From assembly GCA_007695305.1 (NCBI GenBank), contig REEA01000109.1, forward strand, positions 14,987 through 78,986: a stretch of DNA of 64,000 bases. The letters are read 5' to 3'. The translations under genes and the position numbers were made by a program. Source of the DNA: Bacteroidia bacterium (lineage in GTDB: Bacteria; Bacteroidota; Bacteroidia; Bacteroidales; UBA7960). Shown here in pieces: positions 44,829-54,536 of this stretch (within the stretch, counting starts at the first letter, position 1; each line of letters begins with the position of its first letter). The notes under the pieces are model-generated. The model saw only the letters and a list, made by a program, of their open reading frames with translations. It ran no database searches and was not told the DNA's origin.

Positions 44829-47435
44829 ATGAAATTAAAAAACATTCATTTTGTTTTATTATTTGTCCCGATGATCATTAGTGCCCAATTTGTGGATGAC
44901 TTCAGCAACGGCAACTTTACTGAAGACCCGCCCTGGGTGGGCGATCATGAGTTGTTTGTTGTTGACAATGGCATGTTGCGGTTATTCGATGATGATGCAG
45001 GGATGGCCTGGCTTTCTACAGAAAGCCAGATAATTATTAACACACAGTGGGATTTTTGGGTACGCATGGCGTTTACTCCATCAGACAACAACCATTCCAG
45101 GGTTTACCTGGCAAGCAATGAAGCAGATTTATCAGGCCCGTTGGATGGTTACTTTATTCAGGTTGGAAAAACGGGTGGGGACATGAAGCGTTTGTTTTTT
45201 TACCGGCAGCAAGGTGAAGAAACTGTGTTATTGATGACGGGTAGTATGAACCTGGCATCGGGCACCAACAACATATTGCGGATCAGGGTGATTCGCGACG
45301 GAGTGGGCAACTGGGCTTTTTATGCCGATCCTTCCGGGGGAAATATGTTTTTGCCGCAGGGGTCGGTTTTTGATAACATTATCACCGGTACTTCATGGTT
45401 TGGGGTAAGATGTACCTATACTGCAAGCAACAGCAGAAGATTTTATTTTGACGACTTCCGTGTCGGGGACATATTGCCGGAAGATCCGCCGCAGGTAGAG
45501 CGAATTATCGTTGATTCCCCCACAAGCCTGGATGTGGTCTTTAACCGGGTGGTAAACACAGAGTCTGCCACACAAATTTCCAACTATTTTGTTGACCGGG
45601 GTGTCGGGCATCCACTCATTGCGTCCAAAGATCCGGACTTCCCCAATGTGGTCAGGCTGCTTTTTGTGGAAGCGTTCGAATTAAACCAGTTATATCACAT
45701 TGAGATCAGTGGTGTACAAAGCGTTGACGGGCAGGAGATGGCGCCTTATCTTGGATATTTTGTGTACTATGCGTCAAACCGTTTCGATGTGGTTTTCAAT
45801 GAGATTATGGCTAACAGCAGACCGGTGGTCGGGCTGCCACCACACGACTGGGTGGAGTTATACAACACCACAGATATACCCATTAATCTTGAAGGCTGGA
45901 CCTTGAAGCATGGGACCACCATTCGTGAGATCCCGGAAGCGGTTATTTTACCCGCGGGTTACCTTGTTTTAACAACGGAAGAGGCCTTGCCTTTTCTGGC
46001 CCATTATGGCAATATTGCAGCTATACCGGGTTTGTCGGCTAACGCATTTACCATAGGCGGCACCTTATTGGTTCTAAGGGATCAATTGGGTGAAATGGTG
46101 TCATACGTCAGATACTCTGACCGCTGGTATCGTGATCAGGCTAAATCAGTGGGTGGCTGGTCACTGGAAAAAATTGACCCTTACAATTTTTGCCAGGGTG
46201 CCGAAAACTGGAGGGCATCCAATGATGTGCGGGGAGGCAGTCCCGGCATCACCAACTCCATAAGGGCCGGGAACCCCAATACGGTTAGGCCTGATCTGGT
46301 AAGGGCAGGGGTGCTCGATTCGGTAACGGTCATGTTGCACTTTTCCGAACCCATGGAAGAAGATCTTCTTCGCGACACCTCCCTTTATTCGATTGATCAT
46401 CATGCAGGTAACCCTATTGATGCTATACCAGTTTTTCCGGAATTTTCAAGTGTGCAGCTCACCCTGGGGCAATCGCTGCAACCAAACATAATCTATGAGC
46501 TTACGGTTAGCGATTTACTTGTTGATTGCGCAGGAAATACCATCAGGAACAATACCACCAGGCTTGCCGTACCCGGTTCAGCAGTTCCTGATGACATCGT
46601 CATTAACGAAATTCTCTTTAACCCCCCTGAAGGAGGGGCACGATATGTTGAGTTGTATAACCGTTCTGCAATGACTGTTGACTTGTTTGATCTGTTACTG
46701 GCCTCATTTGATACACTCACACATTCGCTGATTACGGTTCGGTATGTCAGTGAAGAAAGCTATTTGTTGTTTCCCGGCGACTATCTCTTGCTCACCAATG
46801 ATACAGCCGCAGTAAGCAAAACCTTCCCGTTTGGTAAAACGGAAAGGTTTTGGGAGCTTCAGGGGATGCCGCGCATGACCAACGCCGATGGTGTTGTTGT
46901 GTTGGCGACAAGGGGTCATGTTATTATCGACAAAGTTGTATATAACGAACGGATGCATCTTCCTTTTTTTGCCAACAATAAAGGTGTTGCGCTGGAAAGG
47001 ATTCACCCTGACCGTCGTTCAGCAGATGAGTCAAGCTGGCATTCTGCGGCTTCGGCGGTGGGCTATGGCACACCGGGTTATCGAAACTCCCAGTATAATT
47101 CGCAACATGAAACGGTATTCGCCAACCTTCATCTTGAGCCCAAAATATTTTCACCTGATGGAAGCGGTATCGACGATGTTTTACACATATATTACCAGTT
47201 GGAAGAGCCGGGTTTTGTGGCCAATGTCCGAATTTTTGATCAAAGGGGCAGAGAAGTAAAAACCCTGGCAAGCGGGGTATTGCTTTCCACCTCCGGAGCC
47301 TTCTCGTGGGATGGTTCAACAAATGCGGGAGAGAAAGCTTCCATTGGCATATATGCAGTATATGTTGAGCTTTTTAATGTGAAAGGCCGGGTGGAGCGTC
47401 ACCGGCTGGCGGCTGTTTTGGCAGGCCGGCTTTGA
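44829..47435 (+). CDS. Secreted protein with two lamin-tail-domain (LTD)-like modules and a C-terminal beta-sandwich tail
   Basis: Signal peptide (VLLFVPMIISAQ). Two LTD-like motifs (FNEIMANS...DWVELYN...INLEGWTL and INEILFNPPEGGARYVELYN). The C-terminal segment (FSPDGSGIDDVL...IGIYAVYVEL) resembles FlgD-Ig/T9SS-type sorting domains. ATG at 44829; GTG at 44826 in the ORF track. Confidence 0.7.
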   Translation: MKLKNIHFVLLFVPMIISAQFVDDFSNGNFTEDPPWVGDHELFVVDNGMLRLFDDDAGMAWLSTESQIIINTQWDFWVRMAFTPSDNNHSRVYLASNEADLSGPLDGYFIQVGKTGGDMKRLFFYRQQGEETVLLMTGSMNLASGTNNILRIRVIRDGVGNWAFYADPSGGNMFLPQGSVFDNIITGTSWFGVRCTYTASNSRRFYFDDFRVGDILPEDPPQVERIIVDSPTSLDVVFNRVVNTESATQISNYFVDRGVGHPLIASKDPDFPNVVRLLFVEAFELNQLYHIEISGVQSVDGQEMAPYLGYFVYYASNRFDVVFNEIMANSRPVVGLPPHDWVELYNTTDIPINLEGWTLKHGTTIREIPEAVILPAGYLVLTTEEALPFLAHYGNIAAIPGLSANAFTIGGTLLVLRDQLGEMVSYVRYSDRWYRDQAKSVGGWSLEKIDPYNFCQGAENWRASNDVRGGSPGITNSIRAGNPNTVRPDLVRAGVLDSVTVMLHFSEPMEEDLLRDTSLYSIDHHAGNPIDAIPVFPEFSSVQLTLGQSLQPNIIYELTVSDLLVDCAGNTIRNNTTRLAVPGSAVPDDIVINEILFNPPEGGARYVELYNRSAMTVDLFDLLLASFDTLTHSLITVRYVSEESYLLFPGDYLLLTNDTAAVSKTFPFGKTERFWELQGMPRMTNADGVVVLATRGHVIIDKVVYNERMHLPFFANNKGVALERIHPDRRSADESSWHSAASAVGYGTPGYRNSQYNSQHETVFANLHLEPKIFSPDGSGIDDVLHIYYQLEEPGFVANVRIFDQRGREVKTLASGVLLSTSGAFSWDGSTNAGEKASIGIYAVYVELFNVKGRVERHRLAAVLAGRL

Positions 47436-47438
47436 CAA

Positions 47439-48149
47439 CTATGCTGTGATGGCCAGGGTGGCGATCCACAGTTTTGTTCCCGGTATCTCCAGCAAACGCT
47501 GCCCGCAAGCTTCCAGCGTTGACCCGGTGGTAACAACGTCATCCACAAGCAAAATATTTTTTCCTTCAATCACCCCGGCGTCCGGAATATCAAAAACAGC
47601 CGATACATTTTCCCACCGCCTGAAACGCGATTTTTTTGTCTGTGTTGATGTATACTCCCTGCGGACAAGTAAATTGCCAGGGCAGGGGATAGAAAGCACG
47701 TGAGAAATCCCATCGCTTATGACCCTGCTTTGATTAAATCCTCTTTTGCTTTCCCTGGCCGGATGTAGTGGCACGGGTACTATAAGATCCAGATCCGCAT
47801 ATAACTCGGCATGCTGCAGGCTTAAACCCAGCATTGTGCCCAAATAAAAACCCAGATCGGTGTTGCCTTTGTATTTGAACTGATGTATTACCCGCTGAAC
47901 TTTTCCCCCTTTTTGAAAATATAACAGGGATGTTCCGGTTTCAAGACGCATCCTTCCCCAAAAAATCCGGCTAAGCTGATTTTCCTTGTAGCGAAAAAAA
48001 TCTGTTTTAGGCAGTCCGTGTATACAGTAAATACACAAATGCCGCTCGCCATCAGCCAGCAGGCTTTTGCATGCACAGCAAGTTTCCGGATAGACGAGCG
48101 ATACAAAATCATTCAGTTGCTGCAACAACCCAATTAACCGCTTATTCAT
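47439..48149 (-). CDS. ComF family protein (phosphoribosyltransferase domain)
   Basis: N-terminal Cys pairs (CCAC...CIYC) and the PRTase motif ILLVDDVVTTGSTLEA. I prefer the ATG at 48149 over the TTG at 48158. Confidence 0.85.
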   Translation of the reverse strand: MNKRLIGLLQQLNDFVSLVYPETCCACKSLLADGERHLCIYCIHGLPKTDFFRYKENQLSRIFWGRMRLETGTSLLYFQKGGKVQRVIHQFKYKGNTDLGFYLGTMLGLSLQHAELYADLDLIVPVPLHPARESKRGFNQSRVISDGISHVLSIPCPGNLLVRREYTSTQTKKSRFRRWENVSAVFDIPDAGVIEGKNILLVDDVVTTGSTLEACGQRLLEIPGTKLWIATLAITA

Positions 48150-48169
48150 AATTATCAATGAAAATTATA

Positions 48170-48177
48170 TAAATTTG
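48170..48177 (+). promoter_or_regulatory. -7 box TAAATTTG in the comF / hypothetical-gene divergent region
   Basis: Exact match, 190 nt upstream of the ATG at 48368. Confidence 0.3.
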
Positions 48178-48367
48178 CAGGGCAAAAGCTTACAGATGCA
48201 CATCTTTTTATTTTTATTACAAAAATAAAAAAAATAAAAACAAAACACTAAATAATATATGCAAAACAATGTTTTCTTTTTGAAGCCCGGTGTTTTGGTG
48301 CAGCATAGTCTTTGAATAGCGTGTTTAATCTAAAAGGAAATAATAACATTTCAGTGAAAATACAATT

Positions 48368-49300
48368 ATGGAAAAACAGGAAAATCCGGAAAAACAGGAA
48401 ATCCCGCAGCAAGCAGGGAAAAACAATGTCATGCCATACCGTGTCACCATTGTGGTATTGGCTCTGTTTATTGCAGTGTTGGCCGTATTATGGTATAGCA
48501 GCAGGCAGTCGTTGAGGGAGATGACATTTGAACGGGAGGTTGCAGCAGAACGAAACCTGGCATTGCAACATGAGCTTGACTCCGTGCTTGATGAATATTA
48601 TTCGGCAAAAAGGGAGTATGATGAAATTCTGACTGATAAGGACAGCATCATACAGGCCAGTGCCCGTGAGATTCAGGATCTCATAGCAAGACAAGCCGAT
48701 TATTATCGGATTCGCCGTCAGCTTAATCTGTTAAGAGAAGTTACCCAAAGCTATGTAAAGGAAATAGATAGCCTGTATGTCGTTACACAGCAACTGACAG
48801 CAGAGAATATCCAGATGCGTGAAGAGATACAACAGGTTCAGCGACGCAGCATGGAATTATCGCAGGATAAAGAAATCCTGGCATCAAAGGTGGAAGAAGC
48901 GGCAACACTGCGTGCCTATCAAATAGAGGTTACACCTTTTATGTTACGTGGCCGTGGCCGTGAAAATGAAACCGACAGGGCAAGACGTGTGGAGCAACTG
49001 CGTGTTTGCTTCCTCATCGCGGAAAACCCCGTCACGCCACCGGGTGAATATAATGCCTATATGCGTGTTGCTGATCCGGAAGGAAATATATTAAGGGTCA
49101 GCGATGATTTTTCCCATGCATTCATCCACCAGGGAGACACCCTGCAATTCTCAGTAAAAGACTCATTTTATTATGAAAACAGCGTAAAAAACAAATGTCT
49201 TACATGGCAACGGATAGATGAGTTTGAGCCGGGATTGTATTCTATTTCTTTGTTTACCGACGATTACCGACTGGGAGAAACGGCCATTGAATTGCGTTGA
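48368..49300 (+). CDS. Hypothetical membrane-anchored coiled-coil protein
   Basis: N-terminal EKQENP/EKQEIP repeat, a single TM (YRVTIVVLALFIAVLAVLWY), about 150 aa of heptad-like charged sequence, then a beta-rich C-terminal domain. I recognise no family. Confidence 0.6.
   Translation: MEKQENPEKQEIPQQAGKNNVMPYRVTIVVLALFIAVLAVLWYSSRQSLREMTFEREVAAERNLALQHELDSVLDEYYSAKREYDEILTDKDSIIQASAREIQDLIARQADYYRIRRQLNLLREVTQSYVKEIDSLYVVTQQLTAENIQMREEIQQVQRRSMELSQDKEILASKVEEAATLRAYQIEVTPFMLRGRGRENETDRARRVEQLRVCFLIAENPVTPPGEYNAYMRVADPEGNILRVSDDFSHAFIHQGDTLQFSVKDSFYYENSVKNKCLTWQRIDEFEPGLYSISLFTDDYRLGETAIELR
48371..48406 (+). repeat. Tandem 18 nt direct repeat (2 copies, 2 mismatches) at the 5' end of a CDS
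   Basis: GAAAAACAGGAAAATCCG / GAAAAACAGGAAATCCCG, encoding EKQENP-EKQEIP. Confidence 0.6.
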
Positions 49301-49390
49301 TTATTCCCTTAAGTCATTTGGATGGATGCATAAGCCATCTTACTGGTAAAGGCATTCTTCCATTTATTATCATTCATAAAATCATTTCTG

Positions 49391-51856
49391 ATGAAGATTT
49401 CTTACAACTGGTTAAAAGAATATATTGATTATCCCGGCAGCCCTGAAGAGCTGGCAGTTTTGCTCACTGATAGCGGTTTGGAAGTAGAAAGCCTTGATCG
49501 TTTTGAAAGCATTCGCGGTGGTTTGAAAGGCGTTGTTATCGGCGAAGTGATTAGCTGTCACCCGCATCCCAACGCCGATAAGCTTACGCTTACCCTGGTA
49601 GATGTCGGAGGAGGTGATAATCCTTTGCCGATTGTGTGCGGTGCACCAAATGTGGCTGAGGGTCAAAAAGTTCTGGTGGCATTAACCGGAGCCACTCTCT
49701 ATACACCCCAAGGAGAATTTTCCATCAAAAAAACAAAAATTCGCGGAGAAGTTTCTGAGGGAATGATCTGCGCTGAAGATGAGCTCGGGCTTGGATCCTC
49801 CCACGATGGCATCATGGTATTGCCCGATCAGGCCCCAACAGGTATGTCTGCTGCCGACTATTTCAATGTTGCCCGGGATTGGGTATATGAGATTGGTCTG
49901 ACGCCCAACCGTATCGACGCCGCCTCACATATTGGTGTGGCCAGAGATGTAATGGCAGTGGTGAATCATCAGAAGAAAAAGAAAGAGGTTAACATCCGTA
50001 TGCCCGATATATCATCTTTCGTTGCCGACAACAATGATCTGCCTATACCGGTTTTCGTTGAAGACCCCGATGCTTGCCCTAGATATAGCAGTTTGACAAT
50101 TAAAGGTTTACGTGTAAGCGAATCACCCGACTGGTTGAAAAACAGGCTTCAGTCCATCGGCCTGAAACCCATTAATAATGTTGTGGACATTACAAATTTT
50201 GTTCTCCATGAACTTGGTCAGCCCCTGCATGCATTTGATGCAGATGCCATAGATGGAGGCAAAGTAGTTGTAAAAAAATCTCCCCCGGGAACCATTTTTG
50301 AAACACTGGATAAGGAAAAGCTGGAGCTTACAGGTAACGATCTCATGATCTGCAATGACAGCACGCCAATGTGTATGGGAGGAATCCTTGGCGGCATCGA
50401 ATCGGGAGTAACAGAAAACACGAGCCGCATCTTCCTGGAAAGTGCCTGTTTTGACCCGCTTACCATCAGGCGGTCTTCCAAACATCACGGTATAAAAACC
50501 GATGCCTCTTTTCGTTTTGAAAGAGGCTCAGATCCGAATATGACAATTTATGCGCTGAAGAGAGCAGCCCTCATGATCAAAGAGGTTGCCGGAGGACAAA
50601 TATCTTCCAATGTACATGATGTATATCCCATTAAGAAAAAACCGGTTGAACTGGAACTTGGATTCAGCAGGGTGCAAACACTTATCGGGAAAAAAATACC
50701 GGCAGATGAAGTTTTAGGTATACTGGAGGACCTTGATTTCAGCATTTTGGAAAGTAAAAAGGAATCGGTGAAACTGGCCGTTCCCCTTTACCGTGTGGAT
50801 GTGACCCGGGATGCCGACGTTGTGGAGGAAATCCTGCGTATATATGGCTACAACAATGTGGATATCCCGTCAAAAATGCATTCATCCATCGTAATATCCC
50901 CAAAGCCTGACAAAGAAAGCCTTCAGAACATTGTGTCCGATATGCTCGCAGCCAGGGGATTCACGGAAATAATGAATAACTCACTCACGAAGGGAGCCTA
51001 TTACGAAAACATGGGGTTTGACCCTGAAGCATCGGTCGTGATTCAAAACCCATTGAGCCAGGATCTGAATGTGATGCGACAAACGCTTCTTTTCGGAGGA
51101 CTGGAAACCATTGCATACAATCAGAACCGTAAGGTTCAGAACATGAAGCTTTACGAATTTGGAAACATCTATCTGAAAAAACGGATGCAAGAGCGGGAAA
51201 ACCCGCTTGACGCTTACAGCGAACGAATGGTGCTCGCATTTTTCCTTACAGGAAAGAGACAACCGGAGTCGTGGAGTGAACCCGAACAGAGTATTAGCTT
51301 TTTTGACTTGAAAAATGCGGCATATGCTATACTGCAGCGTTTAGGTATAGATCCTGAAATGTTGCGTGTTGAGGAAGTTTCCGGAAATGATCGTTTCGCA
51401 TATGGGATGGATGTATATGTAGAGAAAACCCATCTTGCCCGCCTCGGACTGCTTTCCAAAAAATTACTGGGGAGCATGGATGTCAAGGATAAGGTTTTTT
51501 ATGGTATGATAGAGTGGGAAGCCCTGATTGCGGTATCGGCAGAACAGAGTCTGACCTACCGGGATGTACCCAGGTTCCCGGAGGTTAGGAGGGACCTGGC
51601 GTTGCTGATAGATAAAAAGATATCTTTTGTGGAAATTGAAAACATTGCACGTCAAACAGAAAAGAGAATCCTGAAGGAAGTAAATCTTTTTGATGTTTAC
51701 GAGGATGAAGCTAAGCTTGGAAAGCAGAAAAAATCCTATGCGGTAAGCTTTACCTTTCAAGACAACAATAAGACCCTTACCGACAAAGAGATTGATAAGA
51801 TCATGGATAAGCTCACCAGGTCATATGAAAAAACACTGGGGGCTGTTATCCGGTGA
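49391..51856 (+). CDS. pheT: Phenylalanine--tRNA ligase beta subunit
   Basis: 821 aa. N-terminus MKISYNWLKEYI, tRNA-binding (OB) domain, B3/4, B5 and FDX-ACB C-terminal pattern. Confidence 0.96.
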   Translation: MKISYNWLKEYIDYPGSPEELAVLLTDSGLEVESLDRFESIRGGLKGVVIGEVISCHPHPNADKLTLTLVDVGGGDNPLPIVCGAPNVAEGQKVLVALTGATLYTPQGEFSIKKTKIRGEVSEGMICAEDELGLGSSHDGIMVLPDQAPTGMSAADYFNVARDWVYEIGLTPNRIDAASHIGVARDVMAVVNHQKKKKEVNIRMPDISSFVADNNDLPIPVFVEDPDACPRYSSLTIKGLRVSESPDWLKNRLQSIGLKPINNVVDITNFVLHELGQPLHAFDADAIDGGKVVVKKSPPGTIFETLDKEKLELTGNDLMICNDSTPMCMGGILGGIESGVTENTSRIFLESACFDPLTIRRSSKHHGIKTDASFRFERGSDPNMTIYALKRAALMIKEVAGGQISSNVHDVYPIKKKPVELELGFSRVQTLIGKKIPADEVLGILEDLDFSILESKKESVKLAVPLYRVDVTRDADVVEEILRIYGYNNVDIPSKMHSSIVISPKPDKESLQNIVSDMLAARGFTEIMNNSLTKGAYYENMGFDPEASVVIQNPLSQDLNVMRQTLLFGGLETIAYNQNRKVQNMKLYEFGNIYLKKRMQERENPLDAYSERMVLAFFLTGKRQPESWSEPEQSISFFDLKNAAYAILQRLGIDPEMLRVEEVSGNDRFAYGMDVYVEKTHLARLGLLSKKLLGSMDVKDKVFYGMIEWEALIAVSAEQSLTYRDVPRFPEVRRDLALLIDKKISFVEIENIARQTEKRILKEVNLFDVYEDEAKLGKQKKSYAVSFTFQDNNKTLTDKEIDKIMDKLTRSYEKTLGAVIR

Positions 51857-51913
51857 TGGTTGTAATTAGGGGTATTGCCGCGATCGGGCTGACATAAGGC
51901 CGGTAATGATTTT

Positions 51914-53140
51914 TCAATGGGGCGGACGTTCAGCTTTTCGCCAGATGTTTTTGACCGGGATGAGGGCGGCCACCATCCCGATACAAAAAACAGTCAGTTT
52001 TACCAGTAGCAAGTCGGTCCATTTCACAAATACCGGATAGGCATCCATGATGAAAACGCCTTCTGCCTGCAGGGAAATAAACCCATATCTCATTTGTAGC
52101 CATGATATCAGCCCACCAAAGAGTATTCCTCCAAGACCTCCGGCTATACTGATCAATATTCCTTCCAGTAAAAATATCTTGTTTATCAAAGGTTTACCGG
52201 CCCCCATGCTCCTTAACACTGCAATGTCGCGCCTCTTTTCAATCACCAGCATGGAAAGGGACCCGGTGATATTGAAGGCTGCAATGATCAAAATAAAAGT
52301 CAATATGAAGAAAATAGCCCAACGTTCAGAACGCATAACCCGGTAAAGAAAATCCTGTTGCTGCAACCTGTTTCTAACCACATATTCCGGACCGGTTATT
52401 TCCTGAATGATTCTTTGTATCCTAAGGTGATTGTGTTGCGGGTCGATACGTAGTACAATTGATGTAACTTCTGTATCGTAATCGAGCAACCGGCGCATCA
52501 TGCGCAAGGGTACAATTATGTATTCCATGTCGTATTCTGTCTGAACAGCGAATACACCGGTGGGAAAGACTGATAGGGAGCGGAAAGCCTGCGAAGGATG
52601 AAGTCCGGTGGTACGACCCCGCCGGGGCACGTAAATATCGATAGGATTTAAATAGTCGTTGATGTTTGCATTAAGAACAATATAAACACCTTGTCCTGGC
52701 ACCATGAAATTCCGGTCATTCTCTGTAAGTATGAACTCACCTTTGATCAGCATGGTATCGATGCCGGTCACGAAGCGATAGGTTTCATCCACGCCGCGAA
52801 GTCTGGCCAGATGCTGTCTGTCCTGATACACTACCATTCCCATTTCTTCCAGGACTTCACTGTAATTCGCCACACCCGGTAAGTTCACCAGCTCTTCCAG
52901 CGGAAAGGTTTCCATTGAAAAAGTCTTTCCCTCTGCCACTGTGATCTCAATGTCGGCATGAAAAGCATTGAACATGGAAAGGATCAGTTTTTCGAAACCG
53001 TTGAAAACGGAGAGCACCACAACAAGTGCCATACTTCCCACGGCAACACCCACAACCGAAACCATGGTAATCGTGTTGATGGCAGTGTGTGTCTTTTTTG
53101 CAAAGAGGTAACGCCAGGCTATGTATAAGGGGAAGCGCAT
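51914..53140 (-). CDS. FtsX-like ABC permease (LolC/LolE-like)
   Basis: 408 aa. N-terminus MRFPLYIAWRYLFAKK is typical of LolC/E-like proteins. One TM, a periplasmic domain, then three TMs. Linkage to rbfA is conserved in Bacteroidota. Confidence 0.85.
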   Translation of the reverse strand: MRFPLYIAWRYLFAKKTHTAINTITMVSVVGVAVGSMALVVVLSVFNGFEKLILSMFNAFHADIEITVAEGKTFSMETFPLEELVNLPGVANYSEVLEEMGMVVYQDRQHLARLRGVDETYRFVTGIDTMLIKGEFILTENDRNFMVPGQGVYIVLNANINDYLNPIDIYVPRRGRTTGLHPSQAFRSLSVFPTGVFAVQTEYDMEYIIVPLRMMRRLLDYDTEVTSIVLRIDPQHNHLRIQRIIQEITGPEYVVRNRLQQQDFLYRVMRSERWAIFFILTFILIIAAFNITGSLSMLVIEKRRDIAVLRSMGAGKPLINKIFLLEGILISIAGGLGGILFGGLISWLQMRYGFISLQAEGVFIMDAYPVFVKWTDLLLVKLTVFCIGMVAALIPVKNIWRKAERPPH

Positions 53141-53156
53141 GGGATCGTTTTAAAAG

Positions 53157-53969
53157 TTATTTCCAGGCTTTTACCATTAAACCCGTGCCGGTTTGGTGTC
53201 TGGTTTTAACATCTGCCAAATGCAGAATCAATACAACCGGCATTGTGAACAGGTAATAGACCGGAAGTAACAACAAAAAAGCTTTTGACATGCTCAGCAT
53301 GAGCAGCGGGTATTTCATGGACAAGCGCCATGCTATGCTGCCCGGCCTGCCGTAGGTATAGGTAATAGCCGATTTGTTGAAACCGGCTTTCTTTAGTTTT
53401 TCATCAATTTCATGGATGGAATAACCATCCCTGACATGTTCTTCGATAAAGGAATCATCCTCCGATTGCCGCACATCACTGCCTCCGCGGTCGGAAGGCG
53501 TGCTGACCAGCAACATACCACCCGGTTTCAGCGCGCGGAAAAAGTTACTGAACACCAGGCGGTCGTTTTCGATATGCTCCATCACATCCACCGAGAGGAT
53601 AAGATCAAATTTATCTGCTTCAACAAAATGTAAAAGATCGCCATGCACAAAACGGACATTGGTTTTTCCTTCACTTTTAAAAAAACGCCGGCAACTCTCA
53701 ATTTCCTCTTTTTTAATGTCGAGGGCTTCAATATGCCATTTTGGATATTTTCGGGCAACATACCAGCTATATTGCCCAAGACCGCTTCCCGCATCCAGAA
53801 CCCGGATATCATCTGCCTCTGCATTTTGGCGGGCAAATTGTCTGATTGCCAGGTGGATATGCCATGTGCGAAGCAAGAGGATGTCCAGCATGCCATAAAA
53901 CAGTTTGCGGGTCAGTGGCCGTTTGTTGAAAATATTGCCAAGCAATTTCTTGATCGGATCGTATTGCAT
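53157..53969 (-). CDS. Class I SAM-dependent methyltransferase with hydrophobic C-terminal tail
   Basis: SAM-binding motif I VLDAGSGLGQY and the post-I acidic residue (ALDI). The C-terminal roughly 60 aa contain hydrophobic segments (AFLLLLPVYYLFTMPVVLILHL). Confidence 0.8.
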   Translation of the reverse strand: MQYDPIKKLLGNIFNKRPLTRKLFYGMLDILLLRTWHIHLAIRQFARQNAEADDIRVLDAGSGLGQYSWYVARKYPKWHIEALDIKKEEIESCRRFFKSEGKTNVRFVHGDLLHFVEADKFDLILSVDVMEHIENDRLVFSNFFRALKPGGMLLVSTPSDRGGSDVRQSEDDSFIEEHVRDGYSIHEIDEKLKKAGFNKSAITYTYGRPGSIAWRLSMKYPLLMLSMSKAFLLLLPVYYLFTMPVVLILHLADVKTRHQTGTGLMVKAWK

Positions 53970-53979
53970 GCGGATACGC

Positions 53980-54315
53980 CTAAGGTTTCAACAGTTTTTC
54001 AATGTTGTCTATATAGTCCAGGCTGTCATCAATGAAAAAACGCAAGTCCGGCACCTGTCGCAGCTGATTTTTAACCCTGGCTCCCAGTTGCTTTCGGATT
54101 TCCTTGTTCCGCATATCCACTTGCTTGAGTATGTCGCCGGCGTCTTTCCCGAAAACGCTCAAATATACCCTGGCAATAGAAAGGTCTGTTGTAACATAAA
54201 CCTTGGTAACAGTGATCAGGGTACCGGGAAACCAGTCCCTGCCAGCTATTTGCAGTATTTCCCCCAAATCTTTCTGTATGAGCCGGGAGATCCGATTTTG
54301 TCTCATTGTTTCCAT
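53980..54315 (-). CDS. rbfA: Ribosome-binding factor A
   Basis: Core METMRQNRISRLIQKDLGEILQ...ITVTKVYVTTDLSIARVYLS. A TATCTTTG -7 box at 54322-54329 argues against the 146 aa ORF-track version. The start is the ATG at 54315 or 54306. Confidence 0.9.
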   Translation of the reverse strand: METMRQNRISRLIQKDLGEILQIAGRDWFPGTLITVTKVYVTTDLSIARVYLSVFGKDAGDILKQVDMRNKEIRKQLGARVKNQLRQVPDLRFFIDDSLDYIDNIEKLLKP

Positions 54316-54321
54316 AACGCG

Positions 54322-54329
54322 CAAAGATA
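54322..54329 (-). promoter_or_regulatory. -7 box TATCTTTG upstream of rbfA
   Basis: Exact match, 6 nt upstream of the ATG at 54315 and 15 nt upstream of the ATG at 54306. Confidence 0.45.
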
Positions 54330-54536
54330 CAACAAATCCGGCATATCCTCTCGCTATCCCTTGTTTGTCAACATCATGAAAGGCAGAAAAATAAACGTTT
54401 TCACCATTTTGCAAAGACAAAAACCGGAATGGTGGCAGCGGGGCACAGGTAGTTGGTTAAAACCGTGTAGTTTTTTTTTGAAGCTTGATCGAATTATTGT
54501 ATATTTCGGAACTCATTCACCCCTAAACCTATTGTT

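Noticed and set aside
48204-48240. A/T-only imperfect palindrome (TTTTTATTTTTATT-aca-AAAATAAAAAAAATAAAAA)
   Set aside because: The arms do not pair perfectly and are pure A/T, so any hairpin would be very weak. It is more likely generic A/T-rich promoter-region DNA. It is mentioned only as context in the finding for 48368-49300.
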